A stretch of 45,101 nt of DNA from assembly GCA_018304055.1 (NCBI GenBank), contig JAGVWY010000019.1:6415-51515 (forward strand). The letters run 5' to 3'. Positions 1 to 8,472 of this stretch are shown in pieces (position 1 is the first letter of the stretch; each line of letters begins with the position of its first letter). The notes below the pieces were generated by a model that was not told the origin of the DNA, did not search any database, and saw only the letters and a program-made list of their open reading frames with translations. The stretch is from Candidatus Pacearchaeota archaeon (GTDB taxonomy: Archaea > Nanobdellota > Nanobdellia > Pacearchaeales > GW2011-AR1). The position numbers and the translations under genes are program-made.

Positions 1-96
1 AACATATAAACCAGGAGACAGTAAAGCAAGAAGAAAAAGGCAGAAGTCATTTAGATAAAGTTTATTAACTAATTATCATAATCTTTAAAAAGAGAG

Positions 97-717
97 ATGG
101 TAGTTGAATTTATTATAGGTAATTTTAGAAGTTTTTACGATTCTATTCCTGAAAACCAAAAAATTTTATTTAATCTTTTAATTTATACTTTAATTATCTT
201 AATATATTCTGTTTTTATTTGGAAGTATTATAAATTTCTTGCGAATAAACAAATTCTTGACCTTAACTTAAAACAATATAACTATACTAGTCATCCGGTC
301 TTAGAAAAAATTCTTGCAACAGTTCTTTATACGCTAGAGTATCTTATTATCCTGCCTTTTTTAATAATTTTTTGGTTTGCTGTTTTATCTGTTTTTTTAT
401 TAGTTTTATCCGAGAATACAGATACTCAATATATTTTGTTAATTGCCGCTGCAATAATTGCCTCAACGCGAATTACCGCATATTTAAGCGAAGAACTCTC
501 TCAAGACATTGCAAAAGTCCTTCCTCTAACTGTTTTAGTTGTTTTTGTGCTGGGATCAAATTCTTTTAGCTATTCCCAACTTTTTGAACGATTTTCACAC
601 ATTCCAGGACTATTAAATAATATTTTAATTTTTCTTATTTTCATATTTGTAGTAGAATTTACTCTTAGATTAATATACTCTTTCATTGAATTTTTTAAAT
701 CTGAAGAATTAGATTAA
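97..717 (+). CDS. multi-pass membrane protein, function unknown
   Basis: ATG at 97. The 206-aa ORF has several long hydrophobic stretches (LLIYTLIILIYSVFIW, LIILPFLIIFWFAVLSVFLLVL, LIFLIFIFVVEF). No catalytic motif recognised. Confidence 0.55.
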   Translation: MVVEFIIGNFRSFYDSIPENQKILFNLLIYTLIILIYSVFIWKYYKFLANKQILDLNLKQYNYTSHPVLEKILATVLYTLEYLIILPFLIIFWFAVLSVFLLVLSENTDTQYILLIAAAIIASTRITAYLSEELSQDIAKVLPLTVLVVFVLGSNSFSYSQLFERFSHIPGLLNNILIFLIFIFVVEFTLRLIYSFIEFFKSEELD

Positions 718-2616
718 TTCAAATTCTAGTACACGTATGTCTGGAGAAAGCAAATAAACTCTATCTTCTTTAAATCTTAATCCCCTATAAATTTTCTGTA
801 ATAATTCTCGATTAGCTTTATCAATATAAAAATCCATAAAATAGTTGGGATTTGTCTTTTTGAGAATTTTCCAAAAAAGAGAAGAAATATTAGGATAGGG
901 GAATCTGGAAATGATTATTGAATTGCATGTTTCTCCTGGAAAGTCTATGCCTCGATTACATTTTGTTGTGAATAAAACATTTGTTTTTTTATTCTTAAAA
1001 TCTTTTATTCGTTCTCCGAATGAGTCTGTATTTTGCTCTTTTGCAAATTCATACTGTGATGGAAGGTTGTCAATCTCATATTGTCTTTTTTCTACATCTG
1101 TTGGAAGATCTGAAAAACTGGTTAAATGAATTAAAGCAGGTTTTTTTGCACATGCTACTGTTTTTGACAATGCCTTTAGATACCTCTCTCTTGTTATTTT
1201 TTCTGAAGTAAAATTGGCATATTTACAATCCAGTTCATACCCATGTTTACATTTTATTAATTCTCCAGGAAGATTTGTTTCTGCTTCTATTATCTTATAA
1301 TTTTCAAGTCCAAAAATATTTCTAAGAACATCATCTGAATGAATAGTCCCTGACATCATAATAAGCACTTTGTTTTTGTTGATCAATTCTTCAAACCTTT
1401 TTTTTAGATTCGTTGTTATTAGATGTATGATTATGTCATCCTCTTTTTTTTCTATAGAGAAAAAAGTTTCTTCAATAAAATCATAAAAAATTTTGCATAT
1501 TTTTTCTAAATGAAGTATATAATTATTTTCATCCATTTCTAATTCATAAAATAAATCTCTATGTATGATAGTTGTCTTAATTAGGTCTTCTAGAAGTGTA
1601 TTTTTAACCTCAATTATTTGGTTTTCTTCGGTAAATCTCCTTAGGGCATTAGCAATATCAATTAAACTTTTTATTGTCTCTAAGGAAGTCTCATTTTTCG
1701 GAAAAAGAAGATTAAGAGATAAAAGGAGTTTGTTAACGCTTAGACTCTCTTGATTAGAGAAGCTGTCTAAAAATTCATCGCATTCATCTATTATTTCAAC
1801 GTTAGTATAAGGTTTTCGGTCCATTAAAGTTTCTATCTTGTATTTTAAACTGTTGAATATGATAACGTCAGCTTCTGCATAAGCTTGATATTGGTCATAA
1901 TAAGGACAGCCAGGTTTTCTTTGATGAATAATAAACTCTTGATTTTCCAAACCTTTATAAGAACTTTTTTTAGTTTTGAGATTAGTCTCATATTCTTTAG
2001 GTAATATTGGGGACCAGTAAGGACAAACTGGAGCAACGCTCATCCTTTTAATTTCTGAAATTGAGCTAAATTGGGAAAGTTTTACTGCAGGGTTTTGTTT
2101 TATATATTCTTTTAAAAAAGCAAGGTTTTTTTCTTTTATTTCAATCTTACAAGGTAAAATAGCATTATCGCAGGACTCATCTTGATTATCTTTTTTGTTT
2201 TTTTCTCCTTGAAATATATCTGTTAATGTTGCATTTTTTTCTGTTGAGACTTTTACAGCAACAAGATTATTTTCTCTTAAATAATTGCACTTAAAATTTT
2301 GTCTTCCGAAAATAGATGAGATTTTTAATTTTTCACTATTATCTTTGAAGATAGAAAAATTTTCTGTATAATCTTTTGTATATTGCTCTTGAAGAGATTT
2401 TATTGGAACAACTATAGAAGTTTTTCCTAGTTCTTTTGCTATATTAAGCGCTATGGCACTTTTACCAGTACCGCAAACACCTTTGACAAATATTATTTTA
2501 TAACCTTCTTTAATAGAATGTAAAACTTCCTTAACAACATCCTCTTGTGTTTTCCCATTAGAAAAAACTAATGGTTGAAGTTCTTTTTCTTCGCTATTTT
2601 TATATAATGACCACAT
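709..2616 (-). CDS. XPD/Rad3/DinG-like SF2 DNA helicase with putative Fe-S cluster domain
   Basis: Walker A GVCGTGKSAIAL and DExD-type box IIDECDEF. Between them lies a Cys-rich insert (NFKC, ESC, LPC, VCPYW, GCPYY), as in the XPD/DinG Fe-S domain. C-terminal NRGIDFPGE..IISRFPYP resembles helicase motif VI. Confidence 0.8.
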   Translation of the reverse strand: MWSLYKNSEEKELQPLVFSNGKTQEDVVKEVLHSIKEGYKIIFVKGVCGTGKSAIALNIAKELGKTSIVVPIKSLQEQYTKDYTENFSIFKDNSEKLKISSIFGRQNFKCNYLRENNLVAVKVSTEKNATLTDIFQGEKNKKDNQDESCDNAILPCKIEIKEKNLAFLKEYIKQNPAVKLSQFSSISEIKRMSVAPVCPYWSPILPKEYETNLKTKKSSYKGLENQEFIIHQRKPGCPYYDQYQAYAEADVIIFNSLKYKIETLMDRKPYTNVEIIDECDEFLDSFSNQESLSVNKLLLSLNLLFPKNETSLETIKSLIDIANALRRFTEENQIIEVKNTLLEDLIKTTIIHRDLFYELEMDENNYILHLEKICKIFYDFIEETFFSIEKKEDDIIIHLITTNLKKRFEELINKNKVLIMMSGTIHSDDVLRNIFGLENYKIIEAETNLPGELIKCKHGYELDCKYANFTSEKITRERYLKALSKTVACAKKPALIHLTSFSDLPTDVEKRQYEIDNLPSQYEFAKEQNTDSFGERIKDFKNKKTNVLFTTKCNRGIDFPGETCNSIIISRFPYPNISSLFWKILKKTNPNYFMDFYIDKANRELLQKIYRGLRFKEDRVYLLSPDIRVLEFELI

Positions 2617-2626
2617 CTTACATTTA

Positions 2627-2929
2627 TTATTTAAAACCTATAACATACACGACTCTATTAATCCTATTGCCCTCAACTTCATTGGTTATTCTAGTACTTA
2701 GTCCGGCTAAAAATTCTGTGTTCCATATGAAATGTTCTTTCTGATATAATGTAATTTCACATGGATGAGCATATGTTCTCTGATCTCCTTGGACACCGAC
2801 AGTTTTAATATTATATATTCTTGCTTCAGCTAAATCTGCCTCTATGCCCTTTTTTTTCAGTTCTTCTTTTAAAATTTTATCTACTTGTCGTGCTAAATCT
2901 TTTAATTCCTTACGCAATTCATCATCCAT
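2627..2929 (-). CDS. stand-alone GMP synthase C-terminal (dimerisation) domain protein
   Basis: The 100-aa ORF carries KTVGVQGDQRTYAHPCEITL and STRITNEVEGNRINRVVYVI. These match the GuaA C-terminal domain pattern (SVGVMGDxRxY ... NRIINEVxGIxRVVYDI). It has no ATP-pyrophosphatase or glutaminase part. Confidence 0.7.
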   Translation of the reverse strand: MDDELRKELKDLARQVDKILKEELKKKGIEADLAEARIYNIKTVGVQGDQRTYAHPCEITLYQKEHFIWNTEFLAGLSTRITNEVEGNRINRVVYVIGFK

Positions 2930-2959
2930 TTTATCTTTCTTATAAATTATTAATATTAA

Positions 2960-3754
2960 TTATTTTTCAAAAAATCCATTATCAGGTTCTATATCCTTTT
3001 TAATGGTTAATTTTTTAAACGCAGGGCAATAACTTTGAAACTCGCACCAGTTGCATAAAGCTCCAGGGTTGGGTTGGAAATAAACTGAATTTTCAATTTT
3101 TTTAATTAATTCAATAATGTCTCTTCTTAAGGTATCTAACTGGCCAATTGTTCTTTTTGAAACTCTCAACTCATTATAATCAAGGAAATGCCAAATAAGA
3201 TGAATATCATTAACATTTTCAAATGATTCTCTTATAGCAATTGAATACAAAGCTAATTGTCTATCTTTGTCTAATTCCTTCTGGTTTTTTAAAGACCCTG
3301 TTTTATAATCGTGTATTTCAAATATATTTGTTTCTTTATGAAGAACAAGCCTATCTATATATCCTAACAGTTTGTATTTGCTGTTATTATCTAAACTCAC
3401 ATAAACTTTTTTCTCAGTGGCGATAGTATTGTCTTTAAATGGGTAGTTTTTGGTGTAATAATTCGCTATAAATCTGATTCCTTTATTAAAATAATAGTCA
3501 ACTGATAAATCTTTCACAATTTTTATATTTTCATTAAAATCTTTATTCCATAATTCTATAAAATATTTAATAACTTCATCTAAATCATTCTTATTATTAT
3601 CATAAATCCATTGTAAAACCTCGTGTACTTTTTTTCCTAAAAAGCCCTCTATTGACTCCTCAAAATCAGGAGGAAGTTTATCAAGGTACTTATATTTATA
3701 TTTTAAAGCACATTGTTCAAATGTTGAAAGTCTTGAATGAGAGTATATTGCCAT
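2960..3754 (-). CDS. Cas4/AddB-type PD-(D/E)XK nuclease with four-Cys (Fe-S) signature
   Basis: N-terminal Cys (FEQCALKY) plus C-terminal CNWCEFQSYC. Nuclease core is GYIDRL ... EIHDYKTG (D ... D-x-K), followed by a QLALY (QxxxY) motif. Confidence 0.8.
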   Translation of the reverse strand: MAIYSHSRLSTFEQCALKYKYKYLDKLPPDFEESIEGFLGKKVHEVLQWIYDNNKNDLDEVIKYFIELWNKDFNENIKIVKDLSVDYYFNKGIRFIANYYTKNYPFKDNTIATEKKVYVSLDNNSKYKLLGYIDRLVLHKETNIFEIHDYKTGSLKNQKELDKDRQLALYSIAIRESFENVNDIHLIWHFLDYNELRVSKRTIGQLDTLRRDIIELIKKIENSVYFQPNPGALCNWCEFQSYCPAFKKLTIKKDIEPDNGFFEK

Positions 3755-3783
3755 ATTACTTTTTGATAGAAAAATAACAATTG

Positions 3784-4674
3784 TTAAAAAGATTTCTGTT
3801 TTTTATAACTATTCAGCAACTCGTGAAGTTCTTCAGAAGTTAAATCTTTTTTCCCTCCATATTTTTTTAAAATATAAAGGGCTTTTAAGTCTTTATGTTT
3901 TCCATTATATCCATGCATTGCTTTTACTGGTTTTTCATTCCAGAAATTAGGGGAAAAAAGAACTCCCGGATTTGCTAAAAAAATTAAATCCCCATATTTA
4001 TTGTTCCATTCTATAAATCTCCCATGTTCTAAAGGAAGTTTTTCTCTGATTTTTTCTAGTTCATCTTTATTGCCCCAATAACGTGCCATATCTGAATCTA
4101 TGAAACAATTTTTTGTGATTGGAACAGAGATTGTTTTTTCAATATCAATCATGCCATGGTCTGAAAAAATTAAATCAAAATCTATTTTAGATATTTTTTT
4201 GTCTATTTTTTTAATTGCTTTAATTATTTTCTCATTTTTTGTACCATATTTGTGTCCAACTCCATCTAATTCTCCAAAGTAATAAAATCTAGAAACTTTC
4301 TTACCCGGATGTTTTTTTACAGAGGCATCAAATGTATATAATCTATCTAAAGGTATATTTCCAGTTCGAATCAGTTCGTATCCTTTAATTAGTCTTGGGA
4401 TATTAAAAAGTATGTCTACAATTAATCTTCCAATTTTTCCAAAATATTTTAACCATGTAAAATACTTTAGATAAAATAAGGAATTTTTATTCTTGTAAAA
4501 AATAGCAATTTTATTTGAGCTTCCTGTAAACAATATATCAACGCCTCTCCAATGTCCTAATCCCATATCTAATTCTCCCCACTGAAATTTTTTAGTTAGT
4601 GATTGTAAATATGGAGCGTATTGTAAGTAAGATGGCTTAAATGCATCTGTCATTATAACTTTTAATTTTCTCAT
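3784..4674 (-). CDS. alkaline-phosphatase-superfamily nucleotide pyrophosphatase/phosphodiesterase-like protein
   Basis: ELDGVGHKYG, FSDHGM and AMHGYNG match the metal-site motifs of type I phosphodiesterase/NPP enzymes. I could not place the N-terminal nucleophile motif with confidence. Confidence 0.65.
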   Translation of the reverse strand: MRKLKVIMTDAFKPSYLQYAPYLQSLTKKFQWGELDMGLGHWRGVDILFTGSSNKIAIFYKNKNSLFYLKYFTWLKYFGKIGRLIVDILFNIPRLIKGYELIRTGNIPLDRLYTFDASVKKHPGKKVSRFYYFGELDGVGHKYGTKNEKIIKAIKKIDKKISKIDFDLIFSDHGMIDIEKTISVPITKNCFIDSDMARYWGNKDELEKIREKLPLEHGRFIEWNNKYGDLIFLANPGVLFSPNFWNEKPVKAMHGYNGKHKDLKALYILKKYGGKKDLTSEELHELLNSYKKQKSF

Positions 4675-4755
4675 GGATTTTCAAAAAGATACGAGTATAT
4701 AAGGATATGGTCAATAAAAGAATAATTTAAAAAGGATTTTTTCATAAAATGAGGT

Positions 4756-5079
4756 ATGAAAAGATGTAGAGAAGGATATGAAAACATTAAGAATAAATTA
4801 TCAGTTGAATCTAAAGAAACGAAAAGAATTCTTTATAATATATTTCGTTTAGGAAAGCAAGATAACTTATATGTTGGCAGAGATTTAGATGAACTCATTG
4901 AAGTTATACATCGCTATCATCCTGTTGGTATTAATAGATTTGTAAGAGAAGAGGGGAGAGATAGTGTAGAAATAACTAGGTTTTCTTACAGTCATTACAG
5001 GTTATATGAAGATTGTAAGATTGAAATCAGAAAAACAGATTCAGAAATTCTTGAAGAAATGCTTCATGCTCCACAATAA
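4756..5079 (+). CDS. hypothetical protein
   Basis: 107-aa ORF with ATG at 4756 and a GAGGT just upstream. No motif recognised. Confidence 0.4.
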   Translation: MKRCREGYENIKNKLSVESKETKRILYNIFRLGKQDNLYVGRDLDELIEVIHRYHPVGINRFVREEGRDSVEITRFSYSHYRLYEDCKIEIRKTDSEILEEMLHAPQ

Positions 5080-5110
5080 ATCTTATAAATACTTTAAACA
5101 AAAAATAAAT

Positions 5111-5380
5111 ATGAAAGATATTAAATATGAAAAAGAAAAAGCAAAAGAAATGCTTGCTTTAATTAGAGAATATGAGAAAGCTAAAGATAAATCTTCTATA
5201 AACAAAAGATTAAATGAAATAAGCGATGAATTGTATTATAAAAAAAGAGAAATCCTTTCACAAGCAATGATTGATGTTGCGCTTGCTGTTCATTCGTTTA
5301 CAACTGCTGCAATGTCTGGAGGCCACTTCCAGGATTTGGATGAATTTATTCCTGATTTGGATGGGATAATTGGTGGTTGA
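5111..5380 (+). CDS. hypothetical protein (Lys/Glu-rich helical N-terminus)
   Basis: In-frame ATG at 5111 within track ORF 5006..5380. The longer version would overlap the preceding ORF by 74 nt. No motif recognised. Confidence 0.4.
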   Translation: MKDIKYEKEKAKEMLALIREYEKAKDKSSINKRLNEISDELYYKKREILSQAMIDVALAVHSFTTAAMSGGHFQDLDEFIPDLDGIIGG

Positions 5381-5431
5381 GTAGCAAAAAGGTTTTAAGT
5401 AATGGCTTATTAGTATTAGAAGGAAGGTGAT

Positions 5432-6571
5432 ATGATGACTCTAGAATTTCCTCAAGATAAATCTCCTATCGTTATTATAGGGGATATAATTGAAAAACTA
5501 AAAGAATTGAAAGATGAAAATGTTAAGGTAGATACAATAATAACTTCTCCACCTTATTGGAGACAGAGAGATTATGGAGTTAATGGACAAATAGGAACAG
5601 AAGAAACTCCTGAAAAATATATAGAAAAGATTTTAAAAGTTGCAGATGGATTAAGAGAGATCCTAAATGATAGAGGTTCTTATTTTCTGAATATCGGAGA
5701 TAAATATATTGATAAAGACCTACAGATGATCCCATTTAAAATAGCCATGCTAATGCAACTTCGAGGATGGATATTGAGAAATGTTATTGTTTGGTATAAA
5801 CCTAATCATATGCCCTCGTCCCTTAAAGACAGGTTGAATGTAGTTTGGGAACCAATTTTTTTCTTCGTTAAGGACACTGGAAAATATTACACTCCAAAGT
5901 ATTATGTTGATCTTGATGAAATAAGAATAGAGCATAAAAATGGTAATATTAATGGAGAAGGTAAGAAGATAATTTCAGTAGAAGAATTTGAAAAATTAAA
6001 TCTTCCAAAAAAACCAAATGGTAAGAACACTTACAATGGAAAATTTGCTAAAATTGATAAAAAAAATTTAGGTGCCTCTCCTGGTGCAAGAAAAAGTGTC
6101 AATGGTGAATATTGGTCTTTACAAAGAAAGTATGAAATAAACGACGAATTAAAAAAAGATATAATAACTTATTTAAGAGAAAAGAGAAAAGAGAAAGGCA
6201 TAACGCCAAACGAAATTGATGAATTATTTAAATATAAAGATACAGCAGGACATTGGTTTAGATTAGATAGGGGAGGTTCTTTACCTATACCAGAAGATTG
6301 GAAAAAATTAAAACTAATATTAGATTTAAATGATAAATATGATAAGATTATGACCGAACAACATTATGTTTTGCAAACAGTCGCTGCTCATCCAAATGGC
6401 AAAAATCCGGGAGATATCTGGGAAATTCCATTAGAGAAATTAAAAGAATCTCATTTCGCAATTTTTCCAACAGAATTACCAAAAAGAATTATAAAGGCTA
6501 GTTGTCCTACTAATGGTATTGTATTAGACCCATTTGCTGGTAGTGGAACTACTGGAAAAGTTGTGAGATAA
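5432..6571 (+). CDS. beta-class (motif IV before motif I) DNA methyltransferase, N4-cytosine or N6-adenine type; ends 8 aa after motif I
   Basis: Motif IV is TSPPYW near the N-terminus and motif I is DPFAGSGTTG at the extreme C-terminus. SD-like GGAAGGTGA lies upstream of the ATG ATG at 5432/5435. Confidence 0.85.
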   Translation: MMTLEFPQDKSPIVIIGDIIEKLKELKDENVKVDTIITSPPYWRQRDYGVNGQIGTEETPEKYIEKILKVADGLREILNDRGSYFLNIGDKYIDKDLQMIPFKIAMLMQLRGWILRNVIVWYKPNHMPSSLKDRLNVVWEPIFFFVKDTGKYYTPKYYVDLDEIRIEHKNGNINGEGKKIISVEEFEKLNLPKKPNGKNTYNGKFAKIDKKNLGASPGARKSVNGEYWSLQRKYEINDELKKDIITYLREKRKEKGITPNEIDELFKYKDTAGHWFRLDRGGSLPIPEDWKKLKLILDLNDKYDKIMTEQHYVLQTVAAHPNGKNPGDIWEIPLEKLKESHFAIFPTELPKRIIKASCPTNGIVLDPFAGSGTTGKVVR

Positions 6572-6578
6572 AAGAGGT

Positions 6579-6845
6579 ATGGGTATGGAAAAAATAAAAA
6601 TAACAATAATTAATGAGAATAAGAATAAAGTTAAACTTAATGTTGATTATATAACAAAATTGAAAGATTTAAATAATATATTGCCAATAGATGAGAATAA
6701 TGGGGGAAACCCAATAATAAATCATTTATGTGAGAGTATAAAGAATAAAATAAGTAAATATAGAGAGTGGTCAGATATTTGGAGTTTATCAAATCCAAAT
6801 GAAAAAATAAATATAAATTTTAAAGTGGAATTAGCGAGGACTTAA
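6579..6845 (+). CDS. hypothetical protein
   Basis: 88-aa ORF starting 7 nt after the methyltransferase stop, with AGAGGT upstream. No motif recognised. Confidence 0.4.
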   Translation: MGMEKIKITIINENKNKVKLNVDYITKLKDLNNILPIDENNGGNPIINHLCESIKNKISKYREWSDIWSLSNPNEKININFKVELART

Positions 6846-6847
6846 AG

Positions 6848-7345
6848 ATGCCATCATCATATTTTGAATATATCTATTATTCTCTTTGTTTAAGATCCAA
6901 AGTTCCGACTTTTCCAATGCGGCAGGATTTTAAACAAGATATTCAAGATAAGAAGATAAAGAATATTGATTTTATATGTTATTCTGACAAGAAAATCTAT
7001 TTAATTGATGTTAAAGGATTATCTAAGTTATCTGGGGATACAAAAGTTTCTAGAGACGACATAAATGGAATGAAAATTTTAGAAGAGATATATGGTGAGC
7101 ATGCTGTAGGATTGTTTGTATATGTTTGGATAAAGAAAAAAATCGATCAAGATGTGAAAAAAGATTTATTACTTCAAAAATTCAGAGTTAAAGCCATTAC
7201 ATCAAAACAATTTGAGAAAAATATGGTTCAACAAAAAGGGTGGGGAGATAAATTTTATCGTTGTAATAATGCTCTTGTAAAAAATATTTGGGAGTTTATT
7301 CCTAATTTTGAAGAATTGATCGACAAGCCTGAAAAACTTATTTGA
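6848..7345 (+). CDS. putative PD-(D/E)XK-fold nuclease
   Basis: NIDFICYSDKKIYLIDVKG fits the D ... (D/E)-x-K restriction-endonuclease-like core. It starts 2 nt after the preceding ORF. The fold call is motif-level only. Confidence 0.4.
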   Translation: MPSSYFEYIYYSLCLRSKVPTFPMRQDFKQDIQDKKIKNIDFICYSDKKIYLIDVKGLSKLSGDTKVSRDDINGMKILEEIYGEHAVGLFVYVWIKKKIDQDVKKDLLLQKFRVKAITSKQFEKNMVQQKGWGDKFYRCNNALVKNIWEFIPNFEELIDKPEKLI

Positions 7346-8067
7346 TTCTTTTTAAAATTGAATTTTGGGAGCATGATACTCTTGAAAGAATATATTTCAC
7401 AATTCATCAAGACATTGATAAAATGATGGATGGTTTACGCTCTAAAGACAAGATAAAATATGATTGGATTAAGGCGTTTGATAGAATTGATAAACAAAGA
7501 AAAAACTCAGATTTTGCACGAGGAGCTGAAAGAATATACTTTTGGTTATTTAATCAATTTGGAAAACCTAATTCCTCACCAATAGGAGCGGACATGTTTT
7601 TTGAAACTCATGACGCTTTCGTTCATATTGATATAAAAACCGCTAAACTTGATAATCCTTCAGATTATAAAGGGAAAATTCCTTTAAGTGAGAATCAAAC
7701 TAATTATAAATCTAAAAATAAAAATTTTAATTGCAATTTACCGACTTTTTATAATAAAGAGAAAAGTGACGAAAAGATATGTTTGACTTACATCATAAAC
7801 ATAATATATGATGAAAGAGAAGATTTTAAAATTAAAGCCATAACAATTTTTTCTGTTCCTAATGGAGAACTTTACCCTATTTATAAAGATAAAATAATTG
7901 CGCAAGGAAAAAATAAGGGAAGGTCGTTTAGATATTTATATAGGAATAAACCACGTTTTAAAATTTTGGAAGGAGAACCTTTTAGAGTTAAAGTTTTATG
8001 GTTAGATAAAGATTTAGAAGAAAAAGATATCTTAGGTTTTTCTACAGGAGAATATAAAAATAATTGA
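7342..8067 (+). CDS. putative restriction-endonuclease-like (PD-(D/E)XK) protein
   Basis: GADMFFETHDAFVHIDIKTAK fits the D/E ... D-x-K core. The TTG start overlaps the upstream stop (TTGA). The start codon is uncertain. Confidence 0.4.
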   Translation: MILFKIEFWEHDTLERIYFTIHQDIDKMMDGLRSKDKIKYDWIKAFDRIDKQRKNSDFARGAERIYFWLFNQFGKPNSSPIGADMFFETHDAFVHIDIKTAKLDNPSDYKGKIPLSENQTNYKSKNKNFNCNLPTFYNKEKSDEKICLTYIINIIYDEREDFKIKAITIFSVPNGELYPIYKDKIIAQGKNKGRSFRYLYRNKPRFKILEGEPFRVKVLWLDKDLEEKDILGFSTGEYKNN

Positions 8068-8079
8068 AGAAGAATAATA

Positions 8080-8147
8080 TTAGGATAAATTATTACTTTC
8101 TAAACTCCAACAACCCTCATTGCCTAAAATCATTGATAAAGCGCCAC
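8080..8147 (-). pseudogene. 3-prime remnant of the IS-interrupted gene
   Basis: After conceptual excision of the IS, the minus-strand frame continues ..GNSLSGALSMILGNEGCWSLESNNLS and stops at TAA 8082-8080. Confidence 0.3.
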
Positions 8148-8262
8148 TTAACTACACTAATTCTTAAATAATCCCTACTAGTTACTTATCTGCTACATAT
8201 CACTTTATCAACGAAAGATATATAAACATGTAGCCGTTAATATGTTATGAGGTGATTTTAAC

Positions 8263-8472
8263 ATGACACATATAGAGATTCATAAAATAAGAGGTAGAAA
8301 ATACAGATACGAAGTTACTAATTACCGTGAGGGTAATAAGGTAAAACATAAATGGAAGTATCTGGGAGCAGTAGAACCTGTTCAGAAAAGAAAGAAAAAC
8401 TTTAATGTGGGAAAGAAACCCACATTAAAAACAAGAGAATTAAATCGAGAGGAGGAAGACCAAGAAGAATAA
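8263..8472 (+). CDS. IS630-family transposase, N-terminal segment (frame 1 of 3)
   Basis: GAGGTGA lies 6 nt upstream of the ATG. A basic N-terminus (RGRKYRYEV..REGNKVKHKWKYLG) is followed by a frame change into the next ORF. Confidence 0.55.
   Translation: MTHIEIHKIRGRKYRYEVTNYREGNKVKHKWKYLGAVEPVQKRKKNFNVGKKPTLKTRELNREEEDQEE

Noticed and set aside
1-58. 3-prime end of an upstream plus-strand gene (..TYKPGDSKARRKRQKSFR stop at 56-58)
   Set aside because: Only 18 codons are visible, so this cannot be distinguished from chance.
2960-3754. Cas4 as evidence of a CRISPR-Cas locus
   Set aside because: The window has no repeat-spacer array and no cas1, cas2 or effector genes. The Cas4/AddB-type fold is widespread outside CRISPR systems.
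5006-5110. 5-prime extension of ORF 5006..5380
   Set aside because: It would overlap the preceding ORF by 74 nt. The internal ATG at 5111 follows that ORF's stop by 31 nt and gives a normal gene spacing.
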